The position numbers and the translations under genes were made by a program. A stretch of 64,000 nucleotides of DNA from a virus, in the IMG/VR virus record IMGVR_UViG_3300027797_000012, positions 66,554-130,553 of that record; one strand, written 5' to 3'. How positions within the stretch are numbered: the first letter of the stretch is position 1; the number at the start of each line of letters is the position of its first letter. The notes below the pieces were generated by a model. The model was not told where the DNA came from, searched no databases, and saw only the letters and a program-made list of their open reading frames with translations. This document shows positions 31,463 through 40,294 of this stretch, in pieces.

Positions 31463-32324
31463 TTGTCTTTTCCTCGTTCTTTTTTACTGCCTTAATCATA
31501 GCGTTTGCGTACCATTGCTCAAAAGGGTGAAGACCGTACAAAAGCATCTGCTCTTCGTGATGTATGGCAGCGGTTAACGCGTCCATGGCAAAATCTGAAA
31601 CTTGTTCCCATGTATTACCTACCATCGCGGGGATCGTTTCGTATGGTTCATACGTATGCTTTAGATTTTCAGCAGAGTCATAATGCTGCTCGTAGATGTG
31701 CAAAGACCCGACATGATGATGGTACGTGCCTGGCTCAATTCCTAAGATAGACGCTATAGCAAGTTGAACACGCGTAAACTGGAAAAAGTCATACGCCGCT
31801 CCTAGCCATACATCGTTTGAGCGCATGTACACGCTCATGTTAAGTTTGTTGTTGCGAATTCTAAATTGATGCAGGATAGTGCACGGGTAGTCTCGCTTAT
31901 TTGCAAGAAGATCTAGCTCCGGATTCCAAATAGTAACGACCGCCTGTCGTGTATCTGGGTCTGCCTTAAGTCTTTCAACTACAGGAGCGTACTGCGATTG
32001 CGTGCGAACTCCGTATGCCCCGTGAAATAATCCATTGTCCTCGGTGTAGTTAGTAAACTGTGGGCCGATAGCAATAACAAGTTTAGGTGTGCTTGCGCCT
32101 GCGATAAGCTGGCAAGCTTCAACCGCACCGATACCTGCAACAGTCCCGCGTCCTACACCCAACGGTAAGGTGTTATAAACATCATCAATACGAATAATTG
32201 CGTCCTCGATCTCGCGTGTTTTCATACCGCGAGGAGCGACCTCCTTGCCGTGCTTAAGAACATGCTGAACAAGATCAACGTATCCGTTAACTCCGTCAGG
32301 AATATTTATTATCGCAGTATCCAT
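31455..32324 (-). CDS. Thymidylate-synthase homologue, predicted dCMP hydroxymethylase/methylase
   Basis: GAYG.R, D.DTRQAV..IW, catalytic PC, MRSND.WLG..YD (Asp at the specificity position), GSLHIY. Confidence 0.8.
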   Translation of the reverse strand: MDTAIINIPDGVNGYVDLVQHVLKHGKEVAPRGMKTREIEDAIIRIDDVYNTLPLGVGRGTVAGIGAVEACQLIAGASTPKLVIAIGPQFTNYTEDNGLFHGAYGVRTQSQYAPVVERLKADPDTRQAVVTIWNPELDLLANKRDYPCTILHQFRIRNNKLNMSVYMRSNDVWLGAAYDFFQFTRVQLAIASILGIEPGTYHHHVGSLHIYEQHYDSAENLKHTYEPYETIPAMVGNTWEQVSDFAMDALTAAIHHEEQMLLYGLHPFEQWYANAMIKAVKKNEEKTNG

Positions 32325-33325
32325 TTGTCTCCCCTGTCTTTTCCGTGCGCTAGTCTTGTTATTGCCTTACCGTACTCTTCTTTTTGTGAGTTAAAAAATC
32401 GTTTAACGTGCTGCGGGTGTGAGGTTACGGTGTATAGATAGTCAGGGATATTTGCATGGCGTATTCCACGTTCTGCGAGACGCCCTAAAGCTAAAACCGG
32501 TGGACGGCGTAACGTACACCATAGATCCTCAAAACGCTCTGAAGACATATCGTTTACGTTAACGATACCCATAGATTTCCAGCTGTCTGACTGAAGTGCG
32601 GTAAGCAGAAACTCACCTGAGTTGCCATCAACAGGCATGAAAGGTAGAATAGTTTCCTCGCCATATTTCTTAGTAATATTTCGTCTGTCACCTACAAGTA
32701 AAACTCGAGGGAAGCGCGAGCCGATGTACTCCGGGAACTTAGCAAGTTCCTGCGTGTCATCTTGTATTGAATCAGCCCTGTTAATGATATGCGAAGCAAG
32801 ATGACCTATAGTGTCTAGTGAGTCAGCCGCAGGAGTTAGGCGTCCTGCAAGTCCTGCGGAGTTTGCCGCCGCGACTTCATATAACCCTAAGATCTGTTCA
32901 AGCTCGTGCGCTTGTATGTAATCGTCACCGCGAGCATTTAGACGACGAGTAATAACATCAAGAGGTTGATACAACCAAAATTGAGCAACACCACGTGATT
33001 TAAGGAAGAGCTCTGTCCATCGCCAACCTGCTCTACCGAGGAGACCATATCCGTCACCTGTACCCGTCTCAGGGCGTTTTACCGCGGCGTAAGTTACCTC
33101 GCCCCAGTGCCAACGGTCTGCTACGGCTATGCGCTTTGACCAGTCGATATTCTCAATAGACGTAACATAATCCTGCAGGACCCAGCGGCGCGTCATCTCT
33201 TCGGGCTTAGACTTATGGTAAAACTCGATTTCTTTTTTAGGGAACTTTTCAGCAAGTTGTTTTTGCACTTCAGACACAAGGGTAGACTTGCCTGAGGCGT
33301 CTGTACCTTCAATTACTATAAACAT
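32309..33325 (-). CDS. dNMP (thymidylate-like) kinase fused to a uracil-DNA-glycosylase-superfamily domain
   Basis: IEGTDASGKST, DRW...E..Y, RL..RGD; C-terminal VLLVGD...PF....SG.FL...N...P.VLALG..A...HPQ...RF. Confidence 0.75.
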   Translation of the reverse strand: MFIVIEGTDASGKSTLVSEVQKQLAEKFPKKEIEFYHKSKPEEMTRRWVLQDYVTSIENIDWSKRIAVADRWHWGEVTYAAVKRPETGTGDGYGLLGRAGWRWTELFLKSRGVAQFWLYQPLDVITRRLNARGDDYIQAHELEQILGLYEVAAANSAGLAGRLTPAADSLDTIGHLASHIINRADSIQDDTQELAKFPEYIGSRFPRVLLVGDRRNITKKYGEETILPFMPVDGNSGEFLLTALQSDSWKSMGIVNVNDMSSERFEDLWCTLRRPPVLALGRLAERGIRHANIPDYLYTVTSHPQHVKRFFNSQKEEYGKAITRLAHGKDRGDKWILR

Positions 33326-33351
33326 TCGCTGCGTCCTTTGTCTCTAAGAAA

Positions 33352-33360
33352 ATTATAACA
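33352..33360 (-). promoter_or_regulatory. Extended -10 promoter (TGT-TATAAT) of the kinase/synthase/deaminase/polA operon
   Basis: Consensus element upstream of RBS aagga and ATG 33325. Confidence 0.65.
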
Positions 33361-33372
33361 CTAAAACTTGAT

Positions 33373-33843
33373 TTACGGAATAAGCTCTATCCTGTAGATT
33401 GACTCGATTCCTTTATCAATATCCGCAGCAACCTGGAGTAGACGCTCGGCTACCTTGGTTAGGTACCTTGCGCCACCTTGGTCGTATTTGTACAACGCCT
33501 CAAGGACCGCATTAGGGTCATCACTTACCTGTGCCCAGTAGCGATGCTTCTCTGGGAAAACCATCACCGCAGAGCGAGATGGTAGGCACTCTTCGCACGG
33601 AAGAGCTCTATCATCTAGTTCATCTGCGCTTATTTCATTAAGACCATAACGCTTTACAAGAGGACAGGCTGCACCATGAAAGACGATAGATACGCCTATG
33701 CGGGAAAGAACATAGGAGCCGTTGTCTGTCTTATAGAGTGCAAACTCGATCCAACGTGTAGAGTCACGACGCCAGGAAGATGATTCACTTAGGAGACGTC
33801 CATTGAACTGTAAAGTTCTAGCGTTATCCTTAACTTCAAACAC
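33373..33843 (-). CDS. Conserved hypothetical protein with a possible His/Cys metal site
   Basis: RBS gggag, GTG start, own extended -10 (33880-33888); H...C...CxxC. Confidence 0.6.
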   Translation of the reverse strand: MFEVKDNARTLQFNGRLLSESSSWRRDSTRWIEFALYKTDNGSYVLSRIGVSIVFHGAACPLVKRYGLNEISADELDDRALPCEECLPSRSAVMVFPEKHRYWAQVSDDPNAVLEALYKYDQGGARYLTKVAERLLQVAADIDKGIESIYRIELIP

Positions 33844-33926
33844 TATATCTCTCCCTGTGTCGGTATGTCGCTAGGCAACATATTATCAAACTTATATGAA
33901 AAAATCATGACATTTGCACTTTATTA

Positions 33927-34133
33927 CTAAATATCTTCTGCTCTAGCAACTTTTATTTTTCGTGGGACATCTTGCTCTGGTTCTAGTTCTTCCTCAGGTG
34001 CGTTTAGCCTTGCAGTAAGAGCAATAATCGTTGCCTTTTGAACAGCGATCTCTTGCGCCAACTCGCCGATGTTAGTGCGTAGCGCGGCAAGTACATGCTC
34101 GATCTTTATGTCTTGTTCTTGGTTATTTGTCAT
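33927..34133 (-). CDS. Small coiled-coil protein downstream of the tail fibre
   Basis: Start overlaps the fibre stop; heptad pattern. Confidence 0.6.
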   Translation of the reverse strand: MTNNQEQDIKIEHVLAALRTNIGELAQEIAVQKATIIALTARLNAPEEELEPEQDVPRKIKVARAEDI

Positions 34134-37100
34134 TATGCCTCCAGTGTAGTTATTCGGTTTTCTAGCTCTTCTACCTTAAGAATTGTCTCCTTTAGAGCTC
34201 CTACTACGTACGGTAGTATATTTGTAGTAAGAATAGACTGGTACTCTGGATTTCCGTCTTTATCAACGGCGTCCTTTTCTCCCATGACAAGTTCAGATGA
34301 ACTTTCTCCAAACTCATGCGCAATAAAACCAATAACCTCGGTCTTGTCAGGGTCATCTTTTAGATTGAAAACTCGAATTCGTTTTGATTTTATTACGTCA
34401 ATGGACCCCGAGTAGTCTCGTATATTTTCCTTAATTCTGTAATCAGAGGTGTTTCTAAACGAAGGGCTTATTGCAGATGTTGGTGCGTTAACTCCGCCAC
34501 GGTCAACCCCGTTTACTATAAAACGAATCATTTCAGTAGGGCTTGATGTAACAGAGTACTTATGTAAAAACAAAGGTATAGCGTCATAACGTCTAGCGAT
34601 GATACCGCCAGAAGCTGTTAAGAATGTTCCGTCAGTTTGATCTGTCGAAGTAGAAGAGTACGTACCCGTATAGATACTGTTCAAGGGATTACCAGCAACT
34701 CCGGTAAAAATGATCTGGCGGGACGTGTTTGAAGTCGCAGTACCACCGTTAGCTACGAGGTTTAAAGCGTAGCCGGAGGCGGCGACAACTTCTAGCCCGC
34801 GGCTGCGACCTGCATTTTCGTCGTTCATATAAACTGTTCCGGTAGCAGCGCCGCGGTTAAGAGTAATACCACCTGCACCCATCTGCACAGAAACCGCTTC
34901 ACTATATATGTTTAACGCTGAAACAGCGAACGCACCAAAGCCACCAAAAAAAGTACTAGTATCAGTCATAGTTACAGAGCCTGTTGTAGAGCTAATCGTA
35001 GTTGAGACGGTACCTACACCAATTGAAAGAGATCCTTTAAAGGTAGCAGCGCCTGTAGATGTAACTATGTCAAGAACGTTAACGCCGCTTACGTTTGTAA
35101 AGCGCATGCCGGCGGTGTCCATTTGCACCTTAGGGTTTGATGAACCAGTTCTTACTGTAGCGCCTGTAATAACTTTACCGTCAATCGCGTCTGCTGAGAT
35201 CTTTGTTCCAGTAATCGCTCCTGCGTTGATCGCATCTGCGTCAATGGCGTTAGCTGCGATCTTACCCGCCGAAATTGCGTTAGCTGCAATTGTATTTGCA
35301 GTTATCGCATCTGCGCCAATTTTACCCGCAATAATTGCTCCTGCTGCAATTTGGTTAGCGCCGATTGCGTTAGCTGCAATCTTGTCACTGCTTATAGCGT
35401 TAGCTGCAATTTCTGTAGCGCTAATTGTTCCTGCAACTATTTTAGCTGCGGTGATAGCGTTCGCTGCGATCTGATTAGCTGTTACCGCGCCTGCAGCAAT
35501 AGAACCTGCAACAACAGCGTTTGCGGCAATCTTACCCGCGGTAATAGCGTTAGCGTCAATCGTCGTTGCAGTTACCGCGTTAGCTGCAATTGATCCTGCA
35601 GTAATCGCATTAGCCGCAACGGTTGCAGCAGTCACCGCTCCTGCGTCAATTTTACCAGTTGTAATTGCATTTGCCGCAATCGTTGCAGCGGTTACCGCGT
35701 TAGCAGCTAATTTGCCTGCCGTAATCGCATTAGCCTCAATAGTTGCGGCGGTTACCGCGTTAGCTGCAATTGACCCAGCGGTTACTGCGCCTGCGTCAAT
35801 TTTGCCAGTTGTAATTGCATTTGCCGCAATCGTTGCAGCGGTTACCGCGTTAGCTGCTAATTTGCCTGCCGTAATCGCATTAGCCTCAATAGTTGCGGCG
35901 GTTACCGCGTTAGCTGCAATCTTACCTGCTTCAATAGAACCTGCAGAGATCGTCGCGGCAGTTACTGCATTTGCATCAATCTTTCCAGCTGTAATTGCAT
36001 TCGCGGCGATCTTTACCGCTGTAATTGCGTTAGCTGCAAGCTCGTTAGCTGTAATTGCATTCGCATCAATTTTACCTGCGGTAATTGCGCCTGCTTGAAT
36101 TGTTGCGGCGGTTACCGCGTTAGCTGCTATCTTAGTATTAGTAATTGCAGCTGCGGCAATTGCAGTTGCATCTACCGCGTTTGCAGCGATAGAACCAAGA
36201 GTTACCGCATTTGCAGCTATTGCTCCAGCCGCAACTGCGTTAGGTCCAATTTTTCCAAGAATAACTGCGTTTGCGGCAAGTGCATTAGCATCTACAGCGT
36301 TAGCGGCAATTGCACCAGCAGCTACAGCTGCAGGTCCAATTTTTCCAAGAATAACTGCGTTTGCGGCAAGTGCATTAGCATCTACCGCATTTGCGGCAAT
36401 CTTTCCAGCTTCAACTGCGTTAGCGCCAATTTTTGCAGCTGAGATTGCAGCGTCAGCAATTTTTGCCTGTGTAACTGCGTTAGGACCTAATTGAGACGAG
36501 GTAACCGCGTTAACTTGAATCATTGCAGATGTTACAGCGTTAGCCGCAATTGCTAGCTCTGTTACCGCGTTAGCAAGAATTTTTTCTGCGTTAACCGCGC
36601 CGTTAGCTATCTTATAGACGTCAATTGAGCCATCGGCAATTGCCGAAGCAGATACTATCTGTCCAGCAAAAGGCCAAGTTGCAAGCGTGTTAGCAATAAG
36701 GTCTGTGTCTACTAGTCTGTTTACAGATGTAGATGACTGGGTAGAGGCTGTAGTTACTCCGCCGGCTAAGTTTACGGCTATAAACTTGTAGTAATACGTA
36801 GTAGCATACGTTAGATCTGTGTCTACGTACAGCTCTGGAGCGGCAAAAAGTTTTCCAATAGCGGTAGCTGTGCTAGGTGTAAATCCGCTTGTAGTAGACC
36901 TGTGAATCTCAATATACGCGAAGGTATCGCCCATAACGTTGCCAAGATAGTCAAGACCGTTCCAACGAACAGTAACGGTGCCAAGACGGGTCGTTAGCTG
37001 AGGAGCGCTAGGACGATTTACAACTACAACAGATACTGGAGTTGTTAAAAATATCTCAGCAGAGTAGTCAGATCTATTGTCTGATTTATCGTAAGCTTTC

Positions 37101-38236
37101 ACCGCATAACGAATTGCTACATTCTGCTTTAAGCCTTCGTGTGTGTACGTAAGATCTGTTACAGAGATTAAGAACTTCCAGTCATCTGTTACCAAGGTGC
37201 GATAAAAAATATCGTAACCAACAAGATCTTCTATAGCTGTATCGTCAACGTTTAGCGTAGGCGCAACCCAGGTAAGCACTACCCGTGCTCGAGGATCTCG
37301 TACGTCGTAGTACGCTGTGCCTACTCCGGCTAAACTTGTTGGAATTTTTGGCGCTATGTCATCTGGAATAAATGCGCCTGCTGCATCTATAGTGGCATTT
37401 ACCTGCTCCCATTTAAGACCAGTCCATGAGTACAGCCCGCCATCTGTAGGATCTGACCAGGTGTCGCCAACCTGTACGTACTTAATTAGCGTAGGATACA
37501 CTCCACCATCGCCGGCCACGGCAGAGATGTTTGCTTGGTCATTTGCAGTCTTGTACGAGACAGTCGTAGCAGTTTTTGCGGTAATCGTGTAGTTACCGTC
37601 AAACTCTTCACCTACGCCATCTACGTTTACCCTGTCACCGACAATAAAAGTGTGCCCGCTGCCTATAGTAAGAGTTACAACGTTACTTGTTATAGCCTTA
37701 GTAGTTACAGCTTTCCATGCAACAGTGTCTGCAGCTATATTTAATGTAGCGCTATCTTTTCCTTCCCACTCACGAGTAAATACGATCTGATAGTCACTTG
37801 GAACTTCTGTAACTACCCAGTAGGTATGATTTAGCGAGGTATAGTAGTTAGGTGGGTAAGTTCCAGGAGCGGTGAGATCAAACTGCGAGTTTAATCCACT
37901 AACTAATATGTTGTCGCCAACTACTAGCTCGTGCGCGATGTCTGTAGTAAGAGTTGCCTTGTCACGCTTTATAAAGCTCTTAAAAGTCTTGTACTGTTTA
38001 GCAATAACTCTTTTGTAGGTGGCAGGAGGGACTGTTTTAATCGTGCCTGTAGTTGCGTTAACCGCCGCAGCTGTTACAGGAACGTCCTCTGCAAGTTGAG
38101 CTACCGTAATACTTGCTGGCCCGGGGACAACCCTTCTAGGTGCACGACGGCGCTCTACCTCACGCAGACGTCTGTCAACGTTTGTAAGAGTAGTAGTAAG
38201 CTTACGTCGTCTTCTTCTAAGAGCCACGTTTATCAA
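34133..38236 (-). CDS. Tail fibre/spike: FN3-like domains, long (I/V)TAxKIAANA decapeptide array, C-terminal peptidase S74 chaperone
   Basis: LTWVAP...GYDIFYR...Y.VKAYD; Y.YKFIAVN; repeats about 35150-36650; SDYRIKENI...GFIAHE...coiled coil. Confidence 0.85.
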   Translation of the reverse strand: MINVALRRRRRKLTTTLTNVDRRLREVERRRAPRRVVPGPASITVAQLAEDVPVTAAAVNATTGTIKTVPPATYKRVIAKQYKTFKSFIKRDKATLTTDIAHELVVGDNILVSGLNSQFDLTAPGTYPPNYYTSLNHTYWVVTEVPSDYQIVFTREWEGKDSATLNIAADTVAWKAVTTKAITSNVVTLTIGSGHTFIVGDRVNVDGVGEEFDGNYTITAKTATTVSYKTANDQANISAVAGDGGVYPTLIKYVQVGDTWSDPTDGGLYSWTGLKWEQVNATIDAAGAFIPDDIAPKIPTSLAGVGTAYYDVRDPRARVVLTWVAPTLNVDDTAIEDLVGYDIFYRTLVTDDWKFLISVTDLTYTHEGLKQNVAIRYAVKAYDKSDNRSDYSAEIFLTTPVSVVVVNRPSAPQLTTRLGTVTVRWNGLDYLGNVMGDTFAYIEIHRSTTSGFTPSTATAIGKLFAAPELYVDTDLTYATTYYYKFIAVNLAGGVTTASTQSSTSVNRLVDTDLIANTLATWPFAGQIVSASAIADGSIDVYKIANGAVNAEKILANAVTELAIAANAVTSAMIQVNAVTSSQLGPNAVTQAKIADAAISAAKIGANAVEAGKIAANAVDANALAANAVILGKIGPAAVAAGAIAANAVDANALAANAVILGKIGPNAVAAGAIAANAVTLGSIAANAVDATAIAAAAITNTKIAANAVTAATIQAGAITAGKIDANAITANELAANAITAVKIAANAITAGKIDANAVTAATISAGSIEAGKIAANAVTAATIEANAITAGKLAANAVTAATIAANAITTGKIDAGAVTAGSIAANAVTAATIEANAITAGKLAANAVTAATIAANAITTGKIDAGAVTAATVAANAITAGSIAANAVTATTIDANAITAGKIAANAVVAGSIAAGAVTANQIAANAITAAKIVAGTISATEIAANAISSDKIAANAIGANQIAAGAIIAGKIGADAITANTIAANAISAGKIAANAIDADAINAGAITGTKISADAIDGKVITGATVRTGSSNPKVQMDTAGMRFTNVSGVNVLDIVTSTGAATFKGSLSIGVGTVSTTISSTTGSVTMTDTSTFFGGFGAFAVSALNIYSEAVSVQMGAGGITLNRGAATGTVYMNDENAGRSRGLEVVAASGYALNLVANGGTATSNTSRQIIFTGVAGNPLNSIYTGTYSSTSTDQTDGTFLTASGGIIARRYDAIPLFLHKYSVTSSPTEMIRFIVNGVDRGGVNAPTSAISPSFRNTSDYRIKENIRDYSGSIDVIKSKRIRVFNLKDDPDKTEVIGFIAHEFGESSSELVMGEKDAVDKDGNPEYQSILTTNILPYVVGALKETILKVEELENRITTLEA
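35150..36650 (-). repeat. Coding 10-aa (5+5) repeat array in the tail fibre
   Basis: Dozens of ANAVTA/ITAGKIA units, including near-exact DNA duplications (about 35640-35900 and 36250-36400). Confidence 0.9.
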
Positions 38237-40250
38237 CTCCTGGTTCTGTTACTAAGACCAGTGAAACAGTTTCTGGAAACGCTGGGCTGTCTGGCACCGA
38301 CACAGAGAACCCGTCAATTTTTCTAACTAAAACAGTGCGCTCGCCCTCGCCAGGCTCAAGATCGCTTGCTAAGCGTAGTCTAACAAACTCGTCGTTAAGC
38401 ACAATTACGCACCAGTCACCGGGGTTATAGCTTCCAATCTTAGGCTCCATTGAGCCGTTAACTTGTATTTCAATATTAGATTGTGGAGGCCGTGATTCGT
38501 TTAAGTACGTTTCTGCAAAGAGCGCTAAAGTCTCTTCATCTCCTACGTCTTTCTGAGACTCCACCTCTTCTAGTATGGGCCAGCCGGCATCTAATAGATC
38601 GTACGCAGTCGCGGCAGAATATGGCTGACTTGACTCTGGACCTATATCTCCTATATCACCAATCACCCAGAAACGTGTTGCAGCAGACTCGGCAGACTCC
38701 TCCATCGTTGCACTAGAAATACTTCCAGGATACTCGAACACAAGTACGTCTGCACCAAAATCAGAAGGTTCCGCCCAAGCGCCTGGTGCTAGCGATGGGA
38801 AACCTGCAGGAGTAATCGGCATAAGAACAAACGTACGAGAAAAAGAAGATGTCGCGCCATCATACGAGCAGTCTATACGATACTCGAAGCCGTCAACCGT
38901 GTTAGAGTAAGTTTCTAGTGCTTCACCGATATTCTGTAGTTCGTATCCTCGATATGTTTTATTAGGCACGTTCTTGCCACTGTACTCTTCTTCTGAAAGA
39001 GCAATACCTACATCAGTGTTGTACGTGTATCCACCCCAGGAAGTATACGTTACAGAAGGGCTAACAGTGGCAGTTGCAGTTCCGACCACGCCGCCTTCTA
39101 ATATGTTTCCAACGTACAAGCCGTATGTAAATTGAGTAACGCTTGGGGTTGCAGTTATCACAAAAGTGCCGTCAACAGCCGTATCTACTCCGGTAACAAC
39201 AACAACGTCATTTATCTCAAAGCCGTGCGAAGAAGCTGTAGTAATAGTTACAACGTTAGTTGTTAGACTTCTAAGAATAACAGTCTGCGAATTAGGAGAA
39301 AGTGCGGTCGTGCTTTGGGTAGTTCCAATGGATGCGTACGTAAATGTAGTCGCAGTAGGCGTGGCAGTAACTACATGTGCCCCGTCAAACGACGCTCCTA
39401 CGTTTGCGATAGTCACCATCTGACCTGCGATAAGAGAGTGTGGAGCGTCAGTTGTCATCGTCGCAACGTTGGACGCGCGAGCTGAGCTAACTAGGTTAAA
39501 AAAGTATGCGGTGCCAGGCTCAATCTCGTCATTAGGGAAGTCAACATTTGAAAAGTCAACATTTAAAGATTGAAGAAGCTGCCGTGTGTAGTCATACGTG
39601 TCGGCGCGTACTGTAACTGTTGCAATACCATCATCACTTGGAAAAGTGCCGTTTATCTCTGTAACTGGGATAACGATTGAAAGTGTGGAGCTGGTTGACC
39701 CACTTAATAGCGGGTAGTACCCGCCAAACTTATATCTAATATCTTTCGACGCGCCAGATAAGAACGAAATGTACACGTCTTGTCCTGTAGTGAATTCGCT
39801 GTAGGTTTGGCTGTTCTGTAGCGTAAAGGTTAAAGTCTTGTCTGTGGTGCCGGTCACCGTGTAGTCCGCACCAAAATCATGTGACCATGTTTTCCACGCA
39901 ACGCGATGGTGAAGGTAACTCTGGAATTCAGATGCATTTACCGTAAGGTTCCTCGAGATAACGTCGTACGTCCTAGTCCAGATGATTCCGCCCCAGACGC
40001 ACTCGTCATCTCGCATGACATACAACGCAGTCTTACCAGGCATAGTGCTGTCGTACAGGTTCATTGACTCTGTGCCTGCCGCTCCGCCGGTAGCTGGGAT
40101 AACTGGAATACTTCCAGAAAACGCTCCCGCGGTCTTAATAGAGCGCTCGTAGGAAACACCCTTGAAAGGTATTTCTGCAAGAACAGAGTTACTTAAAATG
40201 TCAGTTGTGAAGTAACGGTACTTGACTGCAGTTAGGTCTGAAACAGCCAT
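38217..40250 (-). CDS. Minor tail / baseplate-hub protein with two inserted beta-barrel modules
   Basis: YRY..TD......AE.P......AG.FSG...WGGIIW.R; position between the distal tail protein and the fibre. Confidence 0.75.
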   Translation of the reverse strand: MAVSDLTAVKYRYFTTDILSNSVLAEIPFKGVSYERSIKTAGAFSGSIPVIPATGGAAGTESMNLYDSTMPGKTALYVMRDDECVWGGIIWTRTYDVISRNLTVNASEFQSYLHHRVAWKTWSHDFGADYTVTGTTDKTLTFTLQNSQTYSEFTTGQDVYISFLSGASKDIRYKFGGYYPLLSGSTSSTLSIVIPVTEINGTFPSDDGIATVTVRADTYDYTRQLLQSLNVDFSNVDFPNDEIEPGTAYFFNLVSSARASNVATMTTDAPHSLIAGQMVTIANVGASFDGAHVVTATPTATTFTYASIGTTQSTTALSPNSQTVILRSLTTNVVTITTASSHGFEINDVVVVTGVDTAVDGTFVITATPSVTQFTYGLYVGNILEGGVVGTATATVSPSVTYTSWGGYTYNTDVGIALSEEEYSGKNVPNKTYRGYELQNIGEALETYSNTVDGFEYRIDCSYDGATSSFSRTFVLMPITPAGFPSLAPGAWAEPSDFGADVLVFEYPGSISSATMEESAESAATRFWVIGDIGDIGPESSQPYSAATAYDLLDAGWPILEEVESQKDVGDEETLALFAETYLNESRPPQSNIEIQVNGSMEPKIGSYNPGDWCVIVLNDEFVRLRLASDLEPGEGERTVLVRKIDGFSVSVPDSPAFPETVSLVLVTEPGVDKRGS

Positions 40251-40294
40251 GTTATCCTCCGTTTTTCGTATAAGTCGTTGTTATCATTGTATCA

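Noticed and set aside
31455-32324. Ordinary thyA
   Set aside because: Specificity residue is Asp rather than Asn, and the context is a modification cluster, so no gene symbol was assigned.
34908-36442. Plus-strand ORFs opposite the tail-fibre repeat array
   Set aside because: Antisense shadows of the Ala-rich repeats with no start signals.
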